A stretch of DNA of 64,000 nt, taken from positions 80,343 to 144,342 of the forward strand of contig CAZFVA010000001.1 in NCBI GenBank assembly GCA_964522105.1, given 5' to 3'. Below, piece by piece: positions 56,277 through 64,000 of the stretch; the first letter of the stretch is position 1; the number at the start of each line of letters is the position of its first letter. A program made the translations under genes and the position numbers. The DNA comes from an uncultured Anaeromyxobacteraceae bacterium. Lineage in GTDB: Bacteria > Myxococcota_A > UBA9042 > DTJE01. The notes beneath the pieces are model-generated. The model searched no databases, was not told the DNA's origin, and saw nothing but the letters and a program-made list of their open reading frames with translations.

Positions 56277-57382
56277 CGTTTCACCAATCCCGCAATCCCT
56301 TCTGCTATCTGCGCAGCGGCGTCCCTGCGTCCCGCTGAAACGGCGGCCGCAGACATCAAATTCAAACTGTCCGGGCTGCCAAGAATCGATGCCACCGTGG
56401 CAGCCACAGCTTCCACATCAAAATTTTCTTCCCGGGTCATGATTGCGGCGCCGGCCGTTGCCAGGTCCATTGCGTTATGGGCCTGATGATCGTCAGCCGC
56501 CGCGGCGAAAGGTACGAACAGCGCCGGAAGTCCAACGACTGCGACCTCGGAAACGGTACCGGCACCCGACCTGCAGATAATGAAATCAGCCCAGGCGTAT
56601 GCCTCGGCCATGTTCTGAATGTATTCACTTACGACAGCTTCAACGCCAAGCTCGCGATAGCGCGCTGCCACCGAACCTGCATTACCAAGTCCACACTGAT
56701 GACGCACTTCCAGCGATGCCGAACCGGGCTGCAGCTTTGACAGCAAAGCCGCCGCAACTTCCGGGACCGTTTGATTCAGGAACCGTGAACCCTGGGAACC
56801 ACCGATTACCAGAATCCTGTGACCGGGGGCTGTCCACGCCGATTTTTTAACTTCAAGTATTGATGGCCTGACCGGAGTCCCCGTCATGATTGCGTCCTTG
56901 CGTCCGAGCCTGGCTGCTGCACCCGCAAACGACACAAAAACCTTTCGCGCCCGGCGGGCAAGAATCCGATTCGTTATCCCGGGAATTGAGTTGGCCTCAA
57001 AAACCGTTGTCGGGATTCCCATCAGCGACGCCGCCATCACAAAAGGACCGGAAGTAAAGCCACCAAAACCAGCGACAACATCCGGCTGCAGTTCATGCAC
57101 CAGACGGCCTGCCCTGAGAAGCGAACCGGGGATTGAAAGCGCGCCCTTTACACGTCCGACAAGCCCCATCGTCTTGATTCTGCCGACCTTCAGGGAACGG
57201 ACCGGAATGCCCGCGTTGACCAGTATCTGCTTCTCGACCGCCTCACCGCTTGTGACAAGGACCACGTCAAATCCCATCTGACGAAGGACAGCCCCTGTTT
57301 CCACGGCAGGAAGAAGATGCCCGCCGGTCTGGGCGCCGGCAAGGGCGACTTTGACTGGCTTTGCTGGACAACCGGTCTTCAT
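56273..57382 (-). CDS. murG: Undecaprenyldiphospho-muramoylpentapeptide beta-N-acetylglucosaminyltransferase MurG
   Basis: N-terminal GT-B motif ALAGAQTGGHLLPAVETGAVL, then VVAGFGGFTSGPFVMAA and the C-terminal AGAGTVSEVAVVGLPALFVPF...HQAHNA. Confidence 0.9.
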   Translation of the reverse strand: MKTGCPAKPVKVALAGAQTGGHLLPAVETGAVLRQMGFDVVLVTSGEAVEKQILVNAGIPVRSLKVGRIKTMGLVGRVKGALSIPGSLLRAGRLVHELQPDVVAGFGGFTSGPFVMAASLMGIPTTVFEANSIPGITNRILARRARKVFVSFAGAAARLGRKDAIMTGTPVRPSILEVKKSAWTAPGHRILVIGGSQGSRFLNQTVPEVAAALLSKLQPGSASLEVRHQCGLGNAGSVAARYRELGVEAVVSEYIQNMAEAYAWADFIICRSGAGTVSEVAVVGLPALFVPFAAAADDHQAHNAMDLATAGAAIMTREENFDVEAVAATVASILGSPDSLNLMSAAAVSAGRRDAAAQIAEGIAGLVKR

Positions 57383-58623
57383 CAGGCATTTCCTCCTGTC
57401 TCGGACCCGGACTGTTCAGTTTTTTCAAAGGACTTCAGGAATTCCTCGGCCACCACTTTTTCACCAGTTGCATCTATATGAATACGTTGAAGAATTCCCA
57501 CGCACGCAATCGACACGATCATCGCCGTACCACCGTAACTCATGAACGGGCAGACAAGGCCCTTGGTCGGCATCAGCCCGACATTTACACAAAGGTGCAG
57601 TACTGCGGGCATGACAAGAAGGATTGTGATCGAAAAAGCCAGATTTCTTCTGAATATGTCTTCACTGCGTCTGGCAATCATGTAACCACGGACGGCGATA
57701 ACGGCGTACAGCACACATATGCAAATAATGCCTACAAATCCAAGCTCTTCTGCGCCGACAGCGAAAATGAAATCGGTGTTCGATTCAGGCAGGTTTTTCA
57801 AAATATGGAACGAGCCGTGGCCAATTCCTTTACCGAACAGGCCGCCGGCACCGATCGTCGTGACTGCCTGGTCCAGATGGAAGCCGATACCCCTTCTTGT
57901 TTCATCCGGGAACAGCCATCCGACAATACGGAACACTTTGACGCGGTCGATGAAGAAAATCACCACGCCGGCAACAGTGAACGTACCGAAAAACATCAGT
58001 GCATTCTTCGCGTTAAGTCCGGTGACAAACAGCATCACAAGCATGATTGTGCCGATGATAACTGCCGTTCCGACGTCGGGCAGAATGGCGATGGGACCCG
58101 CAACAGCGCCGCAGAGGAATAGAAGAAATCCAAGAGCTCTCTTCCAGTCATTGAGGTCTGTTGCGTTCTTGTGCAGGAACATCGCCAGATAGATTGCCCA
58201 GCACGCCTTAATGACTTCGGTCGGCTGGAAAGACATGCCCAGCAGTTCCAGCCAGCGTTTCGAACCGCCTTTGTCGGACGCGAAGCCGGGGATGAACTTC
58301 ATGGCAAGAATCAGTGGAATTCCAATCAGAATCGTGACTGTCGCCAGCTTCGAGAGCATCTCGGGGCTGATGTAACGTACGAACATGAATGCAATCGCGC
58401 CAAGTCCGATCGACACCAGGTGATGACGCAGGAACGAAGTTCTTTCAGCGTCGCTGATATCAAGACCGGGGTTGATTGTCGTCGAGAACACCAGCAACGA
58501 ACCTATCGAGGCCAGGGCAAGGACCGCCACCAGAAGGGCCATATCATAGCGACCCACCATCATCGTCACTTCACGCGCCGACGTAGTTCTGGTTTTTGTC
58601 CGTTCCACTTTTCCACCTTCCAT
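57382..58623 (-). CDS. ftsW: Peptidoglycan glycosyltransferase FtsW (SEDS family)
   Basis: 10-TM SEDS protein. Conserved blocks are GGSKRWLELLGMSFQPTE, LPDVGTAVII, and EPHTDFIFAV-like TDFIFAVGAEELGFVG. It sits between mraY and murG. Confidence 0.85.
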   Translation of the reverse strand: MEGGKVERTKTRTTSAREVTMMVGRYDMALLVAVLALASIGSLLVFSTTINPGLDISDAERTSFLRHHLVSIGLGAIAFMFVRYISPEMLSKLATVTILIGIPLILAMKFIPGFASDKGGSKRWLELLGMSFQPTEVIKACWAIYLAMFLHKNATDLNDWKRALGFLLFLCGAVAGPIAILPDVGTAVIIGTIMLVMLFVTGLNAKNALMFFGTFTVAGVVIFFIDRVKVFRIVGWLFPDETRRGIGFHLDQAVTTIGAGGLFGKGIGHGSFHILKNLPESNTDFIFAVGAEELGFVGIICICVLYAVIAVRGYMIARRSEDIFRRNLAFSITILLVMPAVLHLCVNVGLMPTKGLVCPFMSYGGTAMIVSIACVGILQRIHIDATGEKVVAEEFLKSFEKTEQSGSETGGNA

Positions 58624-58668
58624 CCGACCCGGGGTCGGACGTTCTTGCGCAAAGCGCGGTGACCCTGT

Positions 58669-59778
58669 CTATCTGACCTTGATCGAGCCAAGCGCAACCA
58701 GCGCCAGCAGCAGGCTGACTATCCAGAAACGCACAACAATCTTGGGTTCTGCCCACCCCATCTTCTCGAACGAGTGATGGACCGGACTCATTGGAAAAAT
58801 TCGTTTACCGGTAAGTTTGAACGACGTCGTCTGAAGGATGACGCTCAGCGCTTCGAACAGGAAGACACCGAAAATCACGATTGAAATCAGTTCATTCTTG
58901 GTAAGCAGGGCAACGGTGCCAAGCATCGAGCCAAGGCCGAGTGCCCCGGTGTCGCCCATGAATATTTCAGCAGGATAAGTATTATAGTAAAGGAATCCGA
59001 TAGTTGCGCCCATGATGGCCGCGCACAGAATCGACAGTTCAGTTGCCCCGACGACCTTCGGAATCAACAGATATCTGGACACATCGAACGAGCCAAGTTT
59101 TGCGCCTGTCAGGTACGCCATGATAAGCAGCGCGGCCGATGCGGTCAGTATCGGACCGGCAGCCAGGCCATCAAGCCCGTCAGTCAGGTTGGTTGCGTTG
59201 GCAGTTCCGACCACCAGCATTCCTGCCAGCGCCAGATAGATAACCATCGGCAGTTCGATCCAGTACTTTTCCGCGCTCAGGAACGGAATGTACAGTTTCA
59301 GATCGTAGCCGGTGTCGGCCGTCATATAGGTCAGGAACCAGCCCATCGTGCCCAGTACGACTACAAACTCGACAGCAAGGCGAACCTTGCCCGACAGCCC
59401 GGCTGAATGCCTTTTCAGAAGCTTGCTGATGTCATCAAGGAATCCAACAAGTGAAAACGCGAAGCCGACCGCCATCGTGATGATGACCAACGGGTTCGTC
59501 AGACGACACCACAGCAACCCGGAAACAAGGATCGAAATCATTATCAGAACGCCGCCCATTGTTGGCGTGCCGGCCTTTGACATATGGGACTTGGGGCCGT
59601 CTTCACGAATGACCTGACCGACCTTGTTTTTCTGCAGCAGCTTTATGAAAGCCGGGTACAGCAGAATGCAAATCAACAGCGAAGTTATGAACGCGGCCAT
59701 GGCGCGGAACGAGACGTACCTGACCAGATTCAACGAGCTGAAGTAGTGACGAAGGTATTCGGCCAGATAAAATATCAT
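58669..59778 (-). CDS. mraY: Phospho-N-acetylmuramoyl-pentapeptide transferase MraY
   Basis: KAGTPTMGGVLIMISIL, NATNLTDGLDGLAAGP, and the C-terminal PMSPVHHSFEKMGWAEPKIVVRFWI. Confidence 0.9.
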   Translation of the reverse strand: MIFYLAEYLRHYFSSLNLVRYVSFRAMAAFITSLLICILLYPAFIKLLQKNKVGQVIREDGPKSHMSKAGTPTMGGVLIMISILVSGLLWCRLTNPLVIITMAVGFAFSLVGFLDDISKLLKRHSAGLSGKVRLAVEFVVVLGTMGWFLTYMTADTGYDLKLYIPFLSAEKYWIELPMVIYLALAGMLVVGTANATNLTDGLDGLAAGPILTASAALLIMAYLTGAKLGSFDVSRYLLIPKVVGATELSILCAAIMGATIGFLYYNTYPAEIFMGDTGALGLGSMLGTVALLTKNELISIVIFGVFLFEALSVILQTTSFKLTGKRIFPMSPVHHSFEKMGWAEPKIVVRFWIVSLLLALVALGSIKVR

Positions 59779-61227
59779 CTAATTATTCGCCTCCGCTTCC
59801 CCGGTACCAAATCTGGCCCTGATCGCTTCAACGACCAGTTCCAGCCCGACTCCACGCGAACCCTTCACCAGTACAACATCACGGGATCTAAGCATTTCCC
59901 GCGCCAGCGAAGCAGCAGCGATCGCGTCAGGAGCTTCGTAAACATCATAGTTTGACATTCCGGCTTCAACGGCTGCCGATGCCATGACGGTTGAATTCCT
60001 TCCCACAGCGATCAGACAATTAACTTCATGCAGGGCCACCGAGATTCCGGCGTCACGGTGAACCGATTCGGTGGCTGTTCCCATCTCGAGCATGTCGCCC
60101 AGGATGGCTACGCGTCTGCGCTGTGCCGAGACCGCCTTCAACGTGTCCAGAGCCACCTCGACCGACCTGGGCGAAGCGTTGTAGCAGTCGTCGATGACGC
60201 GCACAGTTCCGATGTCAGCAAGGGCCAGGCGGTGGCGGCCTGGTTCGACAGAAGAGATTGCGGCACACGCCATGGCCGGGTCGACACCGACGGCCATTGC
60301 CGCTGCGACGGCGCACGCGGCGTTAAGCGCGTTATGGATGCCGGCCAGTTTCAGCGCCACATGATGTTCGCGACCCTTGATTTCAAACGTGGCAACCGTA
60401 TGACCTTCATGATCAATTGAAGCGTCTGCAAGCCTGACATCTGCATTCGCGGACCGGCCAAACCAGACAACCGACGCCGATGTTTTTCCGACCATCGCAG
60501 CGACAAGCGGGTCATCCGCGTTAAGGACCGCCACACCGTCACTGCGAAGCGCCTGAACCAGTTCGGCCTTTGCCGCAGCCACATTCTGAATTGTTCCAAG
60601 ACCTTCAAGATGCACCGGCGCAACCGTCGTCACGACACCGACATCGGGACGCGCAATCGTGCACAATTCAGCGATTTCACCGGCCGCATTCATCCCCATC
60701 TCGACGACCAGAACTTCGTGGGACGGCCGAAGTCCAAGACACGTCAGGGCCAGGCCCAGGCGATTGTTGAAATTACCGGCAGTTGAATGAGTTGCAAGCG
60801 TTGACGACACAGCCGCGCTAATCAAATCCTTGGTTGTTGTCTTGCCAACGGAGCCGGTGATCGCGCAGACGCGCGGCGCCAGGATGGCCACCCAGGAACG
60901 GGCCGCGTTGATCAAGGCCTCTGTCGTATCTTTGACCGCGACTACAAAGCACTTGCCACCGGTTACGCACTTTTCCACTGACGGGTGCGACAGGGACGAT
61001 TCGGCAACCACGATCCCGGCAGCGCCGGCCTCGATTGCTGCTTCCACAAAGTCATGACCGTCAAAGCGCGGGCCGATAATGGCAAAAAAGACCTGGCCGG
61101 TCGTTATTGTTCTGGAATTTATAGAGGCGCCCGAACCGACATACAGGCCGGCCCCGGAAATCAGGCGTCCACCGGTGAACTCAGCCAGACTTTCGCCCGA
61201 CAGTTCGTATTTTGACGTTCTGGTCAT
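59779..61227 (-). CDS. murF: UDP-N-acetylmuramoyl-tripeptide--D-alanyl-D-alanine ligase MurF
   Basis: Mur ligase P-loop ITGSVGKTTTKDL, central domain ..VVEMGMNAAGEI.., and C-terminal ..ILGDMLEMG.. VILVKGSRGVGLE. Confidence 0.85.
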   Translation of the reverse strand: MTRTSKYELSGESLAEFTGGRLISGAGLYVGSGASINSRTITTGQVFFAIIGPRFDGHDFVEAAIEAGAAGIVVAESSLSHPSVEKCVTGGKCFVVAVKDTTEALINAARSWVAILAPRVCAITGSVGKTTTKDLISAAVSSTLATHSTAGNFNNRLGLALTCLGLRPSHEVLVVEMGMNAAGEIAELCTIARPDVGVVTTVAPVHLEGLGTIQNVAAAKAELVQALRSDGVAVLNADDPLVAAMVGKTSASVVWFGRSANADVRLADASIDHEGHTVATFEIKGREHHVALKLAGIHNALNAACAVAAAMAVGVDPAMACAAISSVEPGRHRLALADIGTVRVIDDCYNASPRSVEVALDTLKAVSAQRRRVAILGDMLEMGTATESVHRDAGISVALHEVNCLIAVGRNSTVMASAAVEAGMSNYDVYEAPDAIAAASLAREMLRSRDVVLVKGSRGVGLELVVEAIRARFGTGEAEANN

Positions 61228-62741
61228 TTTCCCAGAACCTCCTGCGCAACCTCGACGTCGCTGAAATGGATCGTCTGGTTTTTCAGAATCTGGTAATCCT
61301 CGTGGCCCTTCCCTGCGATCACAATCACATCATCCGGTCCGGCCGACGTGATAGCCTTTTCGATTGCCAGACGCCTGTCCGGTTCGACCGACCAGACTGC
61401 CCGACACGTACCATCAGCCTCGGACTCACGGATTCCGCCGACAATTTCATCAATAATGGCAAGGGGTTCTTCACTTCTGGGATTGTCGGACGTGATCCAC
61501 GCAACATCGGCAGACATCACGGCGGCGCGTCCCATCAAAGGTCTCTTGCCCCTGTCACGGTCGCCACCGGCACCACAAATTACACAAAGCCGACCATTAC
61601 CGACGAGCGGCCGCAAAATTCCGAGGATGGCTTCGATCGCTTTCGGGGTATGCGCGTAGTCCACGAAGACGCGGCGACTGTTTTGCGACGCAACGCGTTC
61701 AAGACGGCCCGGGATAACGCGAAGGCTGCAGACTCCTGCCAGGAAAGCGTCCAGGGGCAGCCCGAGCAATCCGGCGGCGCCTGTTGCGGCCATTATGTTC
61801 GCCACGTTGTGACGACCTGCCAGATGTGAATCAACGTGTTTTGTTCCCCACGGGGTTACAAATTCAAATGACGTACCGTCAAGTGAATATTTGACTGCGG
61901 TCAGCCGGATTTCACTGACAGGGTTATCACACAAGGTCCAGCCGATGACTTTCAACGGGGATCTGCGCCTGATCTCTGCTGAAACCGGGTCATCGTCGTT
62001 TACTACAACGCCGGCAGCGTTCGGATTGCGCGGAATAACCTCGACGAAAAAGCGCATCTTGGCTTCTTTGTATGCTTGCGGCGTGCCGTGATAATCAAGG
62101 TGGTCCCTGGTCAGGTTCGTGAATATTCCGCAGTCAAACAGGCACGGCTCAACGCGGCGCTGGTCAATCGCGTGCGACGACACTTCCATCGCCACCGCGT
62201 CAACGCCCGCTGCCTTCATTTCGCCGAAGTATTTCTGCAGGGTTACCGGGTCCGGAGTCGTAAGATTCGATTTGTGTTCGATGCCGGCATAGCGGTAAGT
62301 CACGGTGCCAAGAAGGCCGGGAGTCAGTCCGCATCCCTTGTACCCGGCTTCCATGACCATCGCGGTCGAAGTCTTGCCATCGGTTCCCGTGATGCCGGTC
62401 AGCTTCATCGTGGCAGTCGGATTTCCTTCGACTGCGGCCGCCAGTACAGCTATTGCCAGCCTTGAATCCCGGACAGTTACGATGACCGGCCAGTCACTTC
62501 CGCCAGCGCGCGTCGGTGCCACTTCACAGACGATGACAGCCGCACCGGCGTCAATGGCAGCCTGAATATACAGATGGCCGTTAACAGTGTTTCCGGAGAT
62601 TGCAACAAAGACCGAACCGGGACGGACCTGCCTTGAATCGCCGGTGACTGCGTCAAAGCTGACGTGGTCAACCGCATCAATACCTGCGCAATCGACAGCG
62701 CCGATTGCATCAAGCAGTTTTTGATTCAGTTCAGTCTTCAT
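61224..62741 (-). CDS. murE: UDP-N-acetylmuramoyl-L-alanyl-D-glutamate--2,6-diaminopimelate ligase MurE
   Basis: P-loop ITGTDGKTSTAMV, FTNLTRDHLDYHG, and the DAP-recognition-region DNPRSEEP plus the C-terminal VIVIAGKGHEDYQIL. The track ORF is trimmed to the ATG at 62741. The upstream 62 codons are Arg/Ser-rich and overlap ftsI. Confidence 0.85.
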   Translation of the reverse strand: MKTELNQKLLDAIGAVDCAGIDAVDHVSFDAVTGDSRQVRPGSVFVAISGNTVNGHLYIQAAIDAGAAVIVCEVAPTRAGGSDWPVIVTVRDSRLAIAVLAAAVEGNPTATMKLTGITGTDGKTSTAMVMEAGYKGCGLTPGLLGTVTYRYAGIEHKSNLTTPDPVTLQKYFGEMKAAGVDAVAMEVSSHAIDQRRVEPCLFDCGIFTNLTRDHLDYHGTPQAYKEAKMRFFVEVIPRNPNAAGVVVNDDDPVSAEIRRRSPLKVIGWTLCDNPVSEIRLTAVKYSLDGTSFEFVTPWGTKHVDSHLAGRHNVANIMAATGAAGLLGLPLDAFLAGVCSLRVIPGRLERVASQNSRRVFVDYAHTPKAIEAILGILRPLVGNGRLCVICGAGGDRDRGKRPLMGRAAVMSADVAWITSDNPRSEEPLAIIDEIVGGIRESEADGTCRAVWSVEPDRRLAIEKAITSAGPDDVIVIAGKGHEDYQILKNQTIHFSDVEVAQEVLGK

Positions 62742-64000
62742 AAGGCACCCCGTCCTCCGACTCGACTGGCGGCTCTTCTGTCTGGGCCACGAACGGGACC
62801 GATACTTCGGGCTTTTTGACGATCGGCATGTCCGGCTGAACACCAAGAACAGGCAGGGCCCGTTCAATAACGTCGCGGAAAACAAGACCGGCCGTGACAC
62901 CACCAAACTTGTGAACTTTCGGCTCAATGATTGTTACGGCCACGACCACACGCGGCTTATCTGCCGGCGCATACCCGATGAACGAGCAGTTATAACGGCC
63001 GTCGCCTTTGGCGGTGCCCCAGACTCTGGCCGTACCGGTTTTACCACCAGCCGAAAATCCGCGTGGCCTGGCAGCCTTGCCGGTGCCATCGTCTTCCATG
63101 ACGACCGCGCGCGTCGCCAGCCTGACGCTGGTTGCCGTCTCTGATGAAATTACCCTGGTGGACTTTGACGAGACGATCGGCTCGACGCGGCCGTTGGCAT
63201 AGTGAATCTCGCGGCCGATCCGCGGTTCAAGCCTGATGCCATCATTGACGACCGTCGCAAAAGCTGTCGCAAGATTGATCTGCGTCGTCGTGAATCCATA
63301 GCCATAGGCAGCCGTCTGGGCGTCGACATAGCTCCAGTTTTTCCGAAGAACGCCCCTGGCTTCGCCCGGCAGATCAATACCTGATCCAACGCCGACTCCG
63401 AACCTTGCATACACGTCAGCGATCGCACCGGGACCGACCCTGCGGGCCATATCTGCCATTGCGCAGTTTGACGAGTACTTGACGGCCTCGGTCATCGTGA
63501 CGCGGCCGACCTTCTTAATGTCAGAAACCGGTCTGCCGCCAATCATGCAATGACCGAAGCCACCATCAACGACTGTCTGCGGGCCTACCGAACCAGATTC
63601 ATAACCTGCCGAAACGCCAAGAACCTTGGCAATTGAACCAGGCTCAAACGGATACGAAACGACCTTGTTGCGGCAGGGGTTCGAGCCATCATCAACGGCG
63701 CCCTTTTTGCCACAGACCATGTTGTAGTCGTTCGGGTTCAAAGACGGGAAACTGGACATCGCCAGAACTTTGAATGTTGCGGGATCAAGCATGACGGCCA
63801 TGCCGCCAGTCGCGTTTTCGTCCTTGATTACGCCGGACAGCGCGGAGTCCAGAATGAACTGCAACCTTGCGTCAATATTCAGATAAAGGTCCGCACCATC
63901 GATGTCCCAGCCTTCCCCGGTGCCGCCCTCGTAATAACCGTTGTTACGACGATCCTTTGATATGGCAAATTTTCTGGATTTGGGCGACAGGTCCTTGTCA
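62731..64000 (-). CDS. ftsI: Peptidoglycan D,D-transpeptidase FtsI (PBP3), 5'-truncated by window edge
   Basis: Transpeptidase-domain motifs: SIAKV (SxxK-like context), SSNCAMAD (SxN), KTGTARV (KTG), GYAPADKPRVVVAVTI. I translated by hand upstream of 63864 and the frame stays open to position 64000 (..GYYEGGTGEGWDIDGADLYLNIDARLQFILDS..). The stop overlaps the murE start. Confidence 0.8.
   Translation of the reverse strand, partial: DKDLSPKSRKFAISKDRRNNGYYEGGTGEGWDIDGADLYLNIDARLQFILDSALSGVIKDENATGGMAVMLDPATFKVLAMSSFPSLNPNDYNMVCGKKGAVDDGSNPCRNKVVSYPFEPGSIAKVLGVSAGYESGSVGPQTVVDGGFGHCMIGGRPVSDIKKVGRVTMTEAVKYSSNCAMADMARRVGPGAIADVYARFGVGVGSGIDLPGEARGVLRKNWSYVDAQTAAYGYGFTTTQINLATAFATVVNDGIRLEPRIGREIHYANGRVEPIVSSKSTRVISSETATSVRLATRAVVMEDDGTGKAARPRGFSAGGKTGTARVWGTAKGDGRYNCSFIGYAPADKPRVVVAVTIIEPKVHKFGGVTAGLVFRDVIERALPVLGVQPDMPIVKKPEVSVPFVAQTEEPPVESEDGVPYED

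Noticed and set aside
1-64000. CRISPR arrays, IS elements, integrases, rRNA
   Set aside because: I saw no regularly spaced direct repeats with unique spacers, no transposase/integrase-like ORFs, and no rRNA-like segments. The only tandem repeats are in-frame coding repeats.

Overview
This is a GC-rich bacterial chromosomal segment. I did not compute the GC content; the codon usage looks high-50s percent. Gene density is high on both strands and I see no transposases, CRISPR array or rRNA. Several features point to Myxococcota (possibly the predatory Bradymonas or Myxococcus type), but this is an inference: two proteins end in MYXO-CTERM-like sorting signals, and one carries MopE-type CNGxDDNCDG putative metal-binding repeats.

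Recognisable core genes are:
- dapB (truncated at the 5' window edge) and tRNA-Leu(UAG)
- ettA and a second ABC-F ATPase
- a bifunctional chorismate mutase/DAHP synthase
- glnA and an orphan NarL-type response regulator
- pilT plus a HEAT-extended pilT paralog, and a P2-type cation ATPase with a divergent TetR regulator
- terC and a nifU-nifS pair
- a division/cell-wall (dcw) block, ftsI(partial)-murE-murF-mraY-ftsW-murG-murB-ftsQ-ftsA-ftsZ, on the minus strand

Accessory islands rich in secreted lipoproteins sit between these. Many of these lipoproteins share an acidic D/T/S-rich tether after the lipobox. The islands contain:
- an orphan NifH-like plus NifD/E-like nitrogenase-like pair beside dapB
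- a PIG-L deacetylase / LpxD-like / GT2 / class-V aminotransferase cluster
- an eukaryotic-like Ser/Thr kinase fused to a PilZ domain, in an array with a MYXO-CTERM protein, an OmpA-like protein and a Cys-rich lipoprotein
- a hydrolase island (Ntn-hydrolase-like, a roughly 1030-aa glycosidase-like protein, and two tandem paralogous metallophosphoesterases; the second paralog carries a perfect 15-bp coding tandem repeat)
- an ABC-2 exporter next to a 782-aa Cys-rich lipoprotein with MopE-like repeats and a C-terminal C-type-lectin-like domain
- a trypsin-like protease carrying five tandem ADAM-disintegrin-like repeats and a MYXO-CTERM tail

The best candidates for something undescribed are the orphan nitrogenase-like NifH/NifD-like module and the disintegrin-repeat protease / lectin-MopE giant protein island. 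All functional calls rest on motif recognition by eye. No database search was run.
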